Below, piece after piece: positions 1 to 13,200 of a stretch of DNA of 64,000 bases. Origin of the DNA: Octopus vulgaris (lineage: Eukaryota); NCBI GenBank assembly GCA_951406725.2, contig OX597819.1, forward strand, positions 7,068,001-7,132,000, written 5' to 3'. Below the pieces are notes generated by a model. The model was not told where the DNA came from. It made no database searches and was given only the letters and a program-made list of their open reading frames with translations. The position numbers were made by a program, and so were the translations under genes. The first letter of the stretch is position 1. Every line of letters starts with the position of its first letter.

Positions 1-209
1 CCATTTTTAATGCATTTTTTGCTATTATATAAGGGAAGTAACCCTCTAAAAATGTATTATTAAATCTCAGAACGTAAAAAGCTACAGTAACACCACCACC
101 CCCCTTTGTGGTTAGCCATATTGAGATGGCTATTATACATTACACCTCTAAAAATGCTTATATAGTTATTTCCCTTACAAACCCGAGCAACGCCGGGCGA
201 TACTGCTAG
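1..209 (+). mobile_element. Non-autonomous Helitron, 3' part (cut by window edge)
   Basis: Subterminal hairpin cccgagcaacgccggg, ends CTAG followed by T; near-identical to 8849-9247 and 60710-61104. Confidence 0.85.
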
Positions 210-210
210 T

Positions 211-445
211 AATATATAAAGTTTGGTTATGAACATGTGACAATTATTCCGTTATAAAAGAAATATTTCAAACAAGTAAAACTCCCAAGCATTTTTCAGA
301 AGTAAAACTTTTTATTTTCCTATTTATATGCGCGCGCATACATGTGTGTATATCTGCCCATCAATGTAAGCTTGTATGTGTGTAATTTATCTTAATGACG
401 TCATAACGGATTGTTTCTCATTTTGAAAACATTGGAAGAAAATGA
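211..445 (-). promoter_or_regulatory. Partial copy (E) of ancient tandem unit, with CRE motif TGACGTCA at 396-403
   Basis: aaagaaatatttcaaacaagtaa and ttaatgacgtcataacggattgtttctc align with 9860-9900 and 15620-15730. Confidence 0.45.
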
Positions 446-742
446 TTTCTTTTTGATACAGAAGACCGGAAATGTATAAGTTAGATGTGAAAGGTATATT
501 GGATTAAGTAACGAAAGTCGATAGAGCCACTAATCTAAACCTTGTTGGAAACGCCACACAGAAAATAAAAAATATTAAATCATATTTATTTCATAATTCG
601 AACCTTGGCCAACAATCTATAGGGAAGTGTTATACTCGATTAAATCAAACCTAGTACAAGACTGGTATTTATTTTATCTTCCCACAAAAAGATGAATGAA
701 CTGACCTCAGTAGCAACTGAAGTTTAAGTTACACAACTATAA

Positions 743-1160
743 GCGCAGGAGTGGCTGTGTGGTAAGTAGCTTGCTTACCAACCACATGGTTCCGGGTTCA
801 GGCCCACTGTGTGTCACCTTGGGCAAGTGTCTTCTGCTATAGCCTCAAGCCGACCAATGCCTTGTGAGTGGATTTGGTAGACGGAAACTGAAAGAAGCCT
901 GTCGTATATATGTATATATATATATGTATGTGTGTGTGTGTGTTTGTGTGTCTGTGTTTGTCCCCCTAGCATTGCTTGACAACCGATGCTGGTGTGTTTA
1001 CGTCCCCGTCACTTAGCGGTTCGGCAAAAGACACCGATAGAATAAGTACTAGGCTTACAAACGAATAAGTCCTGGGGTCGATTTGCTCGATTAAAGGCGG
1101 TGCTCCAGCATGGCCGCAGTCAAATGACTGAAACAAGTAAAAGAGTAAAGAGTAAAGAGT
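743..1160 (+). mobile_element. tRNA-derived SINE family A with internal (TA)n(TG)n and CR1-like tail
   Basis: A/B-box-like head ggagtggctgtgtgg...ggttca; near-identical copies throughout the window; (gagtaaa)n tail. Confidence 0.9.
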
Positions 1161-1342
1161 AACTAAATAACCAAATACCTTTTTTTCTTCTCTATTAAAA
1201 ATTAAGATTTCGCTTTAGTGTTTCATCACTTTATAAACATAATTATTTGCCATGGTTCAATAGTAGAAATTCTTTAGGACTGACGTTCGCGCAGATTAAA
1301 CAGAATGACAGGATAAAATGCTTTATATTATATTTAAGCTTT

Positions 1343-1545
1343 CGGTGGTGAGCAGGCAGAATCATTAGCGCCAATCGGCATTTCGTCCGTCCTTACGTTC
1401 TGAGTTCAAATTCCGCCAAGGTCAACTTCGGCTTTTACCCTTTCGGGATCGATACATTTAAGTACCGGTGAAGCACTGGGATCGATTTAATCGGCTAGTT
1501 TCCTCCCAAAAAACATTTCAGGTCTTGTGCCTATAATAGAAAGGA
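1343..1545 (+). mobile_element. SINE family B copy (diverged)
   Basis: ggcagaatcattagc...ttctgagttcaaattccgcc...cctttcggg core shared with 4114-4346. Confidence 0.75.
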
Positions 1546-1587
1546 AAATGATATTTAAGCTTTGTTAGAATGCCGGACCAAATGCCT

Positions 1588-1876
1588 AGCCTTGTGAGTG
1601 GATTTGGTAGACGGAAACTGAAAGAAGCCCGTCGTATATATATATATATATGTATGTGCGTGTACGTTTGTGTGTCTGTGTTTGTCCCCCTAGCATTGCT
1701 TGACAACCGATGCTGGTGTGTTTATGTCCCCGTCACTTAGCGGTTCGGCAAAAGACACCGATAGAATAAGTACTGGGCTTACAAAGAATAAGTCCCGGGG
1801 TCGAGTTGCTCGATTAAAGTCGGTGCTCCAGCATGGCCGCAGTCAAAATGACTGAAACAAAAGAAAAGAGAAAAAA
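1588..1876 (+). mobile_element. SINE family A, 5'-truncated
   Basis: Matches the 3' two-thirds of 743-1160. Confidence 0.85.
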
Positions 1877-2039
1877 TGTGTCGATAGTAGAAAGGACTCT
1901 TGCTGTTGTTAGTTCAAACTCCTAATGACCAATTTGTGTTTCAAACATCAAGGGTTGATAAAGTATTTAACAAACTAGGTTTGTCATAAATTCGATCTTT
2001 TTCTTTTTTCTTTTTCTTTTCATTTTTTTTTAATCCTTA

Positions 2040-2230
2040 TTTTTCATCAACAATTTTAACAACTCAATCAATATTATATTCTCTTCCATTGTTCACGACC
2101 CGTTGTCAACTTTCAACCAGCTTGTCAATGCCTTGACGGTAGAAATCACCTAGTTTTGACTCGAAGAATTCATCGTCATCTTTCCAACTCCACGTCGTTG
2201 TTGAACGAAACATCTCGCAGACTGTTGGAC
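2040..2230 (-). mobile_element. mariner transposase C-terminal remnant
   Basis: DEFFESKLGDFYRQGIDKLVES*QRVVNNGREYNID resembles the mariner C-terminus. Confidence 0.7.
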
Positions 2231-3115
2231 AGCAACTGAAAAAGGTGATAATCTTAAGGAAAATACGGAGGGTACAATACAACACTACAATAAAAATATT
2301 TTTCGTGTTGGAATTTTTCTGATAACCCAATAGATTTAAAAACAACTACTTTAACGAAAGCACCAACTCTCATTTACAAGAACTGAAGATGTAGAATAGT
2401 AAAAGTAATAATCATTTCTATGATAGGCACAAGGCCAGCAATATAAGGATAGCGGGTAAGTCGATTACATTGAGCCCAGTGCTCGACTGGTACTTCTTTC
2501 GTCAACCTCGGAAGGACGAAAGGCAAAGTCTGTTGCTAAGCATGTTGTCCGACGTTCAAACCATTCTGCCGTCTTTATGATTTAAATAATCTTTTTTCTA
2601 TTATAGGCACAAGGCCAACAAGTTCGAGGGAGGGGATAAGTCGATTACATCGATCCTAGTGCTCAATTTTATTGACCCGAAAAGATGAAAGGCAAAGTCG
2701 GAATTTGAATAATGTAAATAATTAGTATCAAAATATATCCCCTTATTTTTCATCCACATCCTCATTATCCCTACAGAAACAACCATAATCACACCCGTAT
2801 AAGCATTACCAACATCTTCATGTTTCTAATGATTTTCCTCATTGGTGTGAAGTCTGTTTTGTTTTTTTTTCAAAGTAGCAAAGTTCATAGTTTTGTTTTG
2901 CTTTTCTCATATAAAAAAAATTGCAATTTCCTTTCTAAGTTACAAAACAAAGCATACATTGTTATATGGTTTAGAAACTTGCTTTGCAACCACGTGATTT
3001 TGGATTCACTCGCACTGCAATGCATCTTGGGTCACGAATTATAGAGCCAGGCCGACCAGTGCTTTGTGAATGAGTTTAGTAGAAGATACTGTATATATAT
3101 ATATATATATATATA

Positions 3116-3527
3116 CAGGAGTGGCTGTGTGGTAAGTAGCTTGCTAACCAGCCACATGGTTCCGGGTTCAGTCCCACTGCGTGGCATCTTGGGCAAGTGT
3201 CTTCTGCTATAGCCTCGGGCTGACCAATGCCTTGTGAGAGGATTTGGTAGACGGAAACTGAAAGAAGCCTGTCGTATATATGTATATATATATATATGTA
3301 TGTGTGTGTATATGTTTGTGTGTCTGTGTTTGTCCCTCTAGCATTGCTTGACAACCGATGCTGGTGTGTTTACGTCCCCGTCACTTAGCGGTTCGGCAAA
3401 AGAGACCGATAGAATAAGTACTGGGCTTACAAAGAATAAGTCCTGGGGTCGATTTGCTCGACTAAAGGCGGTGCTCCAGCATGGCCGCAGTCAAATGACT
3501 GAAACAAGTAAAAGAGAATAAAAGAAT
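3116..3527 (+). mobile_element. SINE family A
   Basis: Full-length match to 743-1160. Confidence 0.9.
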
Positions 3528-3654
3528 ATAAATCACAGATGTTTCTTTTATAAACATCAAGCCATTATTTGTTTGTTTTATTTTTCTCTCGTACTTACAT
3601 ACACATACGTAAATATACAAATGTAAGTGTATTTGTGCGGTTCAGTGCGTATAT

Positions 3655-4010
3655 GCTTAGAAAAATACCTTACGTGGGTATGACACGATTCTGTTTAGAT
3701 TGTGATGGCTTTCGTGTGAAATGTCTAAAAGTATTTAGTGGTTGTAGATTGTGTTGTCTATCTATCATACTGCCGTTGGGAGAATTTATCTAAATGATGT
3801 CTTCAATTTAATGGACAAGACAGAGCTTATAGAATTTCTAATGCTGGTCTTTGCAGAAGTAGTCGAATTTGTGGATATACAGTAAACAAGGATGATTTTA
3901 TTCAGAAAATGTGAATATCATTACGTTATTACAGGAACATTTCAAGAGAGAAACGCACCTCCGTTTTAAATGATATATTAATATTTAAAGAAGAACGATT
4001 TATTTTTATT
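3655..4010 (-). promoter_or_regulatory. Ancient tandem unit copy A (candidate promoter plus non-coding first exon)
   Basis: Aligns by eye to 9592-9910 and 15355-15750; minus-strand GTAAGG donor at 3673. Confidence 0.45.
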
Positions 4011-4113
4011 TGGAAGAAAAAACTAGAACAAAATTCCGTTTAGAAACTTTCACATTATATTGATTTCTCAGTTACTTCGTATTAAACAACCATAAAACGA
4101 TAAATGTTTAAAT

Positions 4114-4346
4114 CGGCGGCGAGCTGGCAGAATCGTTAGCATGCCGGGCGAAATGCGTAGGCGTATTTCGTCTGCCGTTACGTTCTGAGTTCAAATTCCG
4201 CCGAGGTCAACTTTGCCTTTCATCCTTTCGGGGGTCGATAAATTAAGTACCAGTTACGCACTGGGGTCGATATAATCGACTTAATCCGTTTGTCTGTCCT
4301 TGTTTGTCCTCTCTCTGCTTAGCCCCTTGTGGGTAGTAAAGAACTA
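4114..4346 (+). mobile_element. SINE family B, full length (central domain resembles Meta/MESC type)
   Basis: 17-bp TSD gataaatgtttaaatcg (4099-4115, 4347-4363); core gcctttcatcctttcggggtcgataaa. Confidence 0.88.
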
Positions 4347-4419
4347 GATAAATGTTTAAATCGACCTGGTGGGAATTGAACTCAGAGAATGTTTATGATT
4401 GACATGCCACAATTAAAGT

Positions 4420-5150
4420 ATTATGGCCAGGGGAAAACCAGAATTTCCAACAACATTCTACACGGCAGGGGGCAGCAAATCATAGCGAGGAACAGCATAG
4501 GAGACACAGGAATTGAGTTGTCTAGGTGGTGCGGATGACTGAGAGTACTCGGCAGGATCAACAAAACAACCTGAAGGCATCAGGAATAGTGTCGAGAGAC
4601 CGGATATCGTATTCCATTCCAGCTTATCAAAGCAACTGATTTTCATTGAACTCACCGCGCCATTTGAAAGTAGAATAGAAGCACACATGTTCAAAAATAT
4701 GCCAGTGTGGCCAACATAAAGGTTGGAGTCAGAGGTTTTATGGGCAAATCTACTTACGATCTAATGAAACAACTCTCAATCACTGGCGAAAACAGGATTA
4801 ACTTCTTAAAGGCAATATCAGAAACAACGGAGAGGTACTCCAGCTGGGTCTGGTCTAGGAGGAACAAAACGACCCTCATACCGCTTGAAGGTAATATTTT
4901 TGTGTTTTAATGCTAAGGGAAGTAACTCTGACTGAGTCATTGTGATTGCGTTGACGTTTCACCGCTACCATGACAACGTTATTTCTTCTTTCAGTAGAAG
5001 TTTGAAAGCTAAGTCAACGGAAAAGAGTTACAAGTATAAGAAACCTCCATGCACAGATTTCCGATATCCAAGTGGCTAGAAAGTGTCTTCAGAAGGACAT
5101 CCAGGAGTCATGACCTGGATGCAGCCCGTCTCCCTTAGAGTATAAGAAGT
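4420..5150 (+). mobile_element. HERO-like non-LTR retrotransposon 3' remnant (restriction-like endonuclease)
   Basis: RPDIVFHSSLSKQLIFIELTAPFESRIE and VGVRGF...SSWVWSRR motifs, frameshifted. Confidence 0.75.
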
Positions 5151-6591
5151 TAAGGTCCGAAACACTTTCTGGGGCGGGTTTCTTCTCTGGAAACCTTCTT
5201 CTGCTGTTCAGCTCTTTTGAGAGTTTCCCACCATTTGACAGAAATACAGAATGCAGTGCACTATTGAATTACTGTCCATTGCTCTATTAACTCAAATCCA
5301 GCGACAGCCAAATTTCTTTTTCACCTCTCTACGATTGCTAACTTACGAGTTCGTGTAAAAGGAGAAGGCAGACTTAAAATTTTCAGATGATTAGCAATCA
5401 AGTTTATATATATATATACATATATATATATATTATATATTATATATAGAGCAAACTTACTCAGATTACAAACACTCAAAGAATTAGAGGAGAGAAGGCG
5501 TTACAAGTCCGACAGTTATTTCTGAGGGCTTGGAGTTACTTCATAATGTTGGCAGATATAGTTCGTACATAGCGGTCAAGCTTCCATTTTTAAGAAACTG
5601 AACTAGATATGAGAAAAATTGATTCACCAAAAGCACCAAATATTCGTATAAATTTATATGTATAAAATTGCATTGCTTCTCACTTTATCTTTATGGCTAT
5701 GAGCATTTTCATGACTATCAACATCAGAGTTGCTATTGTCATCATTGCTTTAATGTTTGTTTTTATACTAACTTACTTTATTGTTAGTCTCCAAACAGTG
5801 TATCACCAAACATCTTCATATTGTGACATCAGATTTGATCTGACCAAGACAACCTCCATGACAGTTGCCATTTGTTCATAATACCACAACTGTATCTTTT
5901 GCTGTCATGATGTCATAGTTTCTGTTTCTTTAATATGTATTTGACTGGTAGTTATTTTATTGACAACGGGCAGTGAACATGAGTGTCTATGCAGTTACGT
6001 AGCAAAATAACAGATATTTTACAATTATCTTATGGCTTGAAGTTACTGAAATTGGCTAACATCGAAATAAGATTCCCGACAAACTTCTATCGAAGAGTAA
6101 AATAATTCTGTGGATATCTTGCGGCTGTTTATTTCCTCCACTTCACAAACAGGCTCTGTTGATATTCCAACAGTAAATAGTGATTACAAATTAATAGGTT
6201 CCTGCTTACCAAAGATTATGGATATCATCTATAATCCTCGACTCGATAGGTATTTAGTAAAAACACTCTGCGATTTCTTGTTATACAAACCAACTAATAA
6301 CATTCTTTCAAATGTGGACGTGACTATTTCACCATAATCAAGAGTAACCAGAATCCAACATGTACAGGAGGACGAGAATTTTAGATAAGGATGATAATAA
6401 TTAGTATATAGGATATATAAAATACCGTTACATTATAAAATCTAGTATAAAGACAATCATACATTTATATAAGATCAAACTCAGATACATATATAAATAT
6501 CTATATATGCACAAATAAAATTGTGTGTGTGTGTTGGGTAGGTTGGTCGCTGTGTTTGTCTGTGTATGTATATAGGTAGTAATGTACATAT

Positions 6592-6720
6592 ACGCTAACA
6601 GGAAAACTGACACGAATGTCACAAAATTCAGTTATTACGATTCCGATGATATTCGTGAAGAATATCGAAATTATGTTTGGTGATCACAAAATAAATTCGT
6701 TGTCAATCATGTAAGCCTGT
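6592..6720 (-). promoter_or_regulatory. Ancient tandem unit copy B (distal part probably at 7360-7400, beyond an RTE insertion)
   Basis: tgtcacaaaattcagttatt...ttcgtgaagaatatc aligns to copies C and D; GTCAGT donor at 6611; ttacgtcata at 7371. Confidence 0.4.
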
Positions 6721-6844
6721 AATTATGTTGAGAAAATTAACCTTTATGTCATAAGAGAATCTTTCCGAGCTAGTAATCTTCCAAAATCTTTCCTTTTCAG
6801 AAAATTCTATTTTCCCTATTTTCTGATATAAAAATATATCAGAA

Positions 6845-7355
6845 TAATGGATGCCAAATTGTCGAAGAGAAAGAGGAGGATAGGAGGCGTTTAGTTCTGT
6901 AAAGGATATACTTAAAGCAAAGCTGCACAAGACCACACATGCCAAACTCATCAGTCGTACCGTCCTATCTTCGCTCTTATATGCGAATGAAACTTATGTA
7001 ACTACGAAGAGGGAAGAACATCGATTGGCTACGACGCAAAGTGCTGTGAAAAGATTCATGCTAGGAATACCATAGCGAGAGCATACTGGAAATGAGAATT
7101 CGAGAACGAAGTGGAGTGAACGACGTATTTGCGGAATACCGAAAGGGTAAGTTTCCCTGTGCTGAACAAATCGCAAAGATCACAAACAAGTGAACTCAAG
7201 TGGCAGCTAAGAGATCGGAAAAACTACTCAAAAGGTATCCACCACGATGGGAAGATGATTTAGTTAAACGATTTGGATCAAGATAGAAGAGAATGATTGA
7301 AGTGAATTGTGGCCAGCAATGTATATAAACAGCCGAGAGTCTTGTCGATACAATG
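6845..7355 (+). mobile_element. RTE-clade LINE 3' remnant
   Basis: LLYANETYVTTKREEHRLATTQSAVKRFMLGI resembles the RTE post-RT region; many stops. Confidence 0.7.
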
Positions 7356-8419
7356 AACAGAATAATTACGTTACGTCATAGCGAAATGTTTGTTAATTTG
7401 AATCGACTGGATCGAAATTTTCACAGTTTTGGGGGAAAAGATATTTTACACCCCGCCTACAATTTAATGTAAAAGCCGGACTAGACTACTTTATGCGCAA
7501 CTCCATTGTCTCCCGAGACAAAAAGGATGCCAACAACAATTTAAGAGGTTAAGAAAACAAGATGTGGAGGCTTTGATTTTGGTTTTGCCCAGGCGAACGT
7601 AATCCATAGTTGGCCTCCAACACAGTATTTCTCTGAATTGTCTTTATAGTCTGTCACTTCATTTGTAGATCGCCAATGTTCTCAGATCTGATTTCACCAG
7701 GTTCATAAAGACATCGTTGATACTCCGTGACAATTGCTACACGTCTCTTCTTTTTCCCAATCAGTGGCAATCAGATACAACAGCAGGACTGTCATTCTTT
7801 CAAACATCAAATCATTCTCTTGATATACATGTGTATCTCCAGTGTGTACACAGAGACACAGAGATGTGTATGATTGTGCGTGCGTATTCCAAGTCAAATT
7901 TAGAAATTAAGGTAAAAGAAAAGAGACAGAAAGTGTGTACTTCCCGTTTTATTATTAACAGTTGCAGATGACTGGAAGGTTTTAGAGTATGGAAAATGGA
8001 AGCAGACGAGGCTAGCAGTTATGGTGAAAACATCACAACGTTGAGATTTCATCTGCTACAGATATTCCGTTGTGTGGTAACCACTGAGTTAGTCAACTGT
8101 GTCGTGAGAGACGAAGATGAAGGGAACGAATGAGAAGGAGGCGTGAAAGTATGCAAAGTGGGTGGAAGTGTGTAAAGAAAATAGATGGCATGCAGAGCTG
8201 TAGAGAAAGGAGATTGAGTGCATGGGTTTTACAGAGAACCTTTCTAAGTGGATTCAGGCTTTGGGTGTAGCTGAACATGAGATGGAGGGATGGAGGGGTG
8301 GATAAAGCGGATTTGTGGAACAGTACTTTTTGGCTCATGGTGGATAGCGCAGATGTCCGATATCATTCATAACCCTCGATTCCATAGTGTTTGCGCCTTT
8401 ATAGTTGCATAGAATATCT

Positions 8420-8650
8420 ATTTCTTTACTACCCACAAGGGGCTAAACACAGAGGGGACAAACAAGGACAGACACACGGATTAAGTCGATTAAGTCGACC
8501 CCAGTGCGTAACTGGTTCTTAATTTATCGACCCCGAAAGGATAAAAGGCAAAGTCGACCTCGGCGGAATTTGAACTCAGAACGTAACGGCAGACGAAATA
8601 TCGCTAAACATTCGCCCGGCGTGCTAACGGTTCTACCAGCTCGCCGCCTT
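8420..8650 (-). mobile_element. SINE family B
   Basis: Reverse complement of 4114-4346; flanking duplication tatagttgcatagaatatctatt. Confidence 0.88.
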
Positions 8651-8848
8651 ATATAACTATTCTATAGTTGCATAGAATATCTATTAACACTTTGAAATCT
8701 GGCAGTGGCCATTCGCCGATAAGCATTTACAAGCTTTTGTTGTATCCCTGCGGTGAGTCCAACAAGCTAACCTCTTCAGCTGGCTGGAAATTAAAAAAAT
8801 TGATAACCACTAAAATACTAATATAATAACTGTGCAGCAGACTGGAAA

Positions 8849-9247
8849 TCTTTATATATAAAAGAGAGGTTGTGTGCTGTCTGTCTCCTACGATTTAGAT
8901 TCCTAACTACTCCCACATTTTGCGGTGCAGTTTAACCAAAACTGGGTATCTTATAGTCGTGATTCATATCGAGCCCTTCTGGGTATTAGCGCGCGTCTAC
9001 GATGAGTCTACGATTTAAAAAAAAAATTACCATAAATTTTTTCCATTTTTAATGCATTTTTGGCATATATAAGGGAAGTAACTCTCTAAAAATTTATTAT
9101 TAAATCTCAGAACGTAAAAAGCTATAGTAACCCCTCCCCCCCTTTGTGGTTAGCCATATTGAGATGGCTATTATACTTTACATCTCTAAAAATGCTTATA
9201 TAGTTATTTCCCTTACGAACCCGAGCAACGCCGGGCGATACTGCTAG
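8849..9247 (+). mobile_element. Non-autonomous Helitron, about 400 bp
   Basis: 5' TC, 3' CTAG, inserted between A and T, subterminal hairpin, no TSD. Confidence 0.9.
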
Positions 9248-9467
9248 TTTAAAATAAGATACTTACTAATATATGCATTTAGTATGATGTCATTGCGTTA
9301 TAATATTTAGTTGAAAGGCAATCATAAATTTATGGAAAGGATTCAAGAAACGAAAACTGATGAATGACAACAACAGTTACTAAATCATATATTTGTCAAT
9401 ATTTATATGTATAGATCTTGACATATACACTTATACAAGCTTCCACACATGCACGTATATGAGTAAC

Positions 9468-9528
<61 letters not shown>

Positions 9529-9591
9529 CTGAACACATCTGCTATATTTCTGTGCGTATCCATATGCAGTTAAGTATGTTAAGTATATCTC

Positions 9592-9910
9592 TGCTTAAAG
9601 GAAATCCTTACATAAATGTCACGAGGATTAGTTATTAAAATTTTGATGCGCTTCGTGTGGAATATCTAAAATGTGCTTGATGATTGTAGACTGACTTCGT
9701 TTGCTTATCACATTGATCTGGGAAATATTTCAATACAGTCTTGAACTTAGCAGATAAGATAGTCCATATAATTCTTATGTTGGTGTTTGCTGAAGCCATA
9801 AAAATATGAAATCAAAATAGGGTCGGGAATGTGTTAAAAGGGCAGCCATTATCGCGTCAAAAAGAAACATTTTGAACGAGTAATGCTCCAGCTTTTTCAG
9901 TTTAAGAAAC
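9592..9910 (-). promoter_or_regulatory. Ancient tandem unit copy C
   Basis: GTAAGG donor at 9611; colinear similarity to copies A and D. Confidence 0.45.
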
Positions 9911-9934
9911 TCGGGTTTTTACTTTTTAAAAATT

Positions 9935-10920
9935 ATTAGATTGGCAGAAAAGTCCTGTCGCATTTTTAACATGATCGTTTTGTGAGTGCTTTTTTGATAC
10001 ATACAGTAAAATAAGCATTTTTTACATTCTAATGGGTTTTTTTTTTCCTTCTTTGCAGATTACTTTACACTATATGTTTAAATTGTGGAGGCGCGTGGCT
10101 TAGTGGTTGGTGTCAGCATCATGATCGTAAGATTGTGGTTTCGATTCCTGGACCGGGTGATGCATTTTGTTCTTGAGCAAAACACTTCATTTCACGTTGC
10201 TCCAGTCCACTCAGCTGGCAAAAAAGAGTAACGCTGCGATGGACTGGCGTTCCGTCCAGCTGGGGAACACATACACCATTAAAGCCGGGAAACCGGGCCC
10301 ATGAGCCTGGCTAGGCTTTAAAAGGGCGCAATTATTTTATTTTATATGTTTAAATTCATATCGATTTTATTCTGTTAAAATGAGTTTAGATCAAACCCAT
10401 ATAAGACACACTGCCAGCCTCTGTATGAAATTAAAAGAGGTTTTTCAGTAATGGAAGCAGCAAGAAATATTAGTTTTGACTATGGAAATTAAGCTTTCAT
10501 GGTCCTAACATGCCAACGATGGTTTAACAAGTTCCCCCCAATTTTTCTCGCGCAAATTCCCTTCGATCTGAACAACTTCAGTCAATACTGAGCTTCTGAA
10601 AATCATGGTTGAAGAATATTCAAAGCAAATTGCACGATAATCTAGTTTCATGAACTAGATAAAGTGCCTAAACTTGGTCAGTGGGTTCATCATCTGACTG
10701 CTTCTCAAGTTAATCAAAGAATTTCCCTCTGCTCATTATTAAAGAGTAGACTTTCTACCGGACCCTTCCCGGATAGAATCCTCAAAAGTGATGAAAAATA
10801 CGTTTTCTATAATCATATCCAAATAAAAGCCTCATGGTTAGCATCCGATGAAACTAAAGATCCCATCCTAAAACCAGGACTCCACCCGAAAAAGTTATGT
10901 TCTGTGCTTGGTATTTAGTC
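9935..10920 (+). mobile_element. Degenerate mariner transposon interrupted by a SINE
   Basis: TIR-like tattagattggcagaaaagt; KLGQWVHHLT, DRILKSDEKYVFYN and GLHPKK motifs; stops and frameshifts. Confidence 0.85.
10086..10342 (+). mobile_element. tRNA-derived SINE (family C variant) nested in the mariner
   Basis: tRNA-like head; 14-bp TSD tatatgtttaaatt at 10071 and 10343. Confidence 0.85.
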
Positions 10921-11443
10921 TGTTTAATCACAGTAAGATGGAAGATGAAATCGACCCCTGGGAAAGTTGAGGGTCCTAACTAAAAGGTCAGGCACATTTT
11001 AACTTCTGTACTGAAAGTCTATTAGTATGATTATCAAGATATAATTCCTTTTCTGAAACAGAAGGGCTTATTAATGGCTAATAATTCTTTAGAATAATGT
11101 CAGCAGAAACAGAGCTAAATTATACTCATTATACTACTACAAATTATAACTACAAAAATTAGTAACATAAACCAGGGTTAAATATATACACAAATTAGCT
11201 AAACTTATTATATAAGTAATTTAACTTACGTCTACATTTAATTCTTCGCTCATCTTGAGAATTAATTTTTTATTATTAGATAGTAATATTTCCATAAATT
11301 TATTTGTACATAGTAAACAAAAATTATTACCTATTCGATAAGCTTTAGCTTTACAAACTATCACCCAATTTAAAGAAACATACATACATACATACATACA
11401 TACATACATACATACATACATACATACATACATACATACATAC

Positions 11444-12715
11444 ATGACTCGAGAATATTACACCATACTTAGGAAAATATGGCGGTCGGAACACTCCTCT
11501 TACAACAAAACAATATCTCACAATGCGTTTGCAGTACCTGTGCTGATCCCAACATTTGGGATACTTGATTGGTCTGTAGAGGAAATCCACACCATAGATA
11601 TCAAAACCTGCAAAATCCTTACAACAACTGGGTACTTCCACAGAAACAGTGATGTTGACAGGCTGTACCTAAGAAGAAATGAAGGTGGTAGAGGCCTGAG
11701 ATCAGTGCAGACGGCCTTCGAATGCCGTTTGGTATCACTCAAGCAGCACCTGCTAAACAACAGCAGCAAAAATAAATATATGAATGCAGTCCTGAAAAGT
11801 AAAGTGAGCAACATTGTACGAATTGGCAGGGAACTCCTCAAGAAACACTCTCTTCTTGATGATCTCTTATACAGCTCAGCTCCAAAACAGCTGGGCTCTC
11901 TTACCTCGGAGAAAACTTGGCTGGAAAGCACTAAGCATTCAAAAAAAGACCATGTATGGGTGTGTTGCCCAGAAGCTTGAAGAAGGCAGTAGAATTCTTG
12001 GACACAAGACCACTACATCACATCACACTTTGAAAACTATGCGTTTGCAGTTCAGAAACAGGAGATTGCCACAAAGTACCTGGTAAACAAAAGACAGTGA
12101 CGCTCTTGTAATCCCAAGGTGCAACGGCATGTGTAGACTATGTCATGTTTCTGTGGAAGACGTTACGCATGCGATTAGCAGCTGTCCTAAAATGTCGTCA
12201 CGGTGCTACCTCCCTATGTTGTACGATCTTGTTACTGAAACAATTAACAATGTCTTCCGCAAAAAAGACTGTCCCGAAATAAACTTAGAAAATCCCTCTG
12301 TTATGGAATACATTCATAAACACCAACACAAGGAATCTGCCCTGCAGATATAAATATCTCCTTGAAAATCAAGGAAGCAGAGGACATCTATGGACAACTG
12401 CTTCGAAACCTCCAGCTTCTATATCCAGACTATGAATTCATATTCATACCAATAATAATTGGGGCACTAGGTTTTGTTAGTAAATGCTTAAAGGAGTATC
12501 TGGATTAACTGGGATTTTTAGAAAGAGAAATTCACCGGCTGATTCGTACAAATCCAATCTGTGAGTAGAACAGTAAAAGTAATGAAGCCTTTTCTCAAGT
12601 TCCAAATGAGAATTTGTCTATGTTAACTACACCCCAAAGACGGAGCCTTGTATCTTTGTTGGAAACTGACTCCCTCCTCATTGGAAGAATTATAATAATT
12701 GAAAAATAGAAGAGA
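11444..12715 (+). mobile_element. R4/Dong-clade non-LTR element, 5'-truncated and degenerate
   Basis: RLYLRRNEGGRGL motif; CCHC knuckle CRLC...H...C; IPIIIGALG endonuclease segment. Confidence 0.85.
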
Positions 12716-12777
12716 CATACATATACACATGTACATATATACATACATATATATCTATATAATATTATATATATATA

Positions 12778-12844
<67 letters not shown>

Positions 12845-12849
<5 letters not shown>

Positions 12850-13115
12850 CTTGATCACCTTGACCGACCAGTCCGTCAGGCGTCCATTTGGCACAACTGG
12901 TCACAGCACGCTGTCCACTCCTCTCTGGGTCGCGCCTTTCTCATCCACGTGATCCCAATCGTCCTCCTGAAATCGTAACTCTACCGCCGTGGAGCCCTTC
13001 CAGGCGGTCGTTTCCGATCGCGCCGGTACCACTCGTCAACTGCGCGGGTCAACCGATTATCGGTGAGCCGGGCGACGTGTCCAGCCCATCTAAAATTGCT
13101 GCGTGTATATTTGCA
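12845..13115 (-). mobile_element. RTE LINE 3' end
   Basis: FRWAGHVARLTDNRLTRAVDEWYRRDRKRPPGR; repeated tail aaggtgatc. Confidence 0.85.
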
Positions 13116-13159
13116 GTGGAAAGAGTCAAAATATATATATATATATATATTCATATATA

Positions 13160-13200
<41 letters not shown>

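Noticed and set aside
6601-6712. Plus-strand exon with in-frame TGA (selenoprotein idea)
   Set aside because: Paralogous copies have stops at other positions in that frame; no SECIS identified.
6703-6951. Signal-peptide-like 82-aa ORF
   Set aside because: Its N-terminal part is antisense to an RTE LINE remnant.
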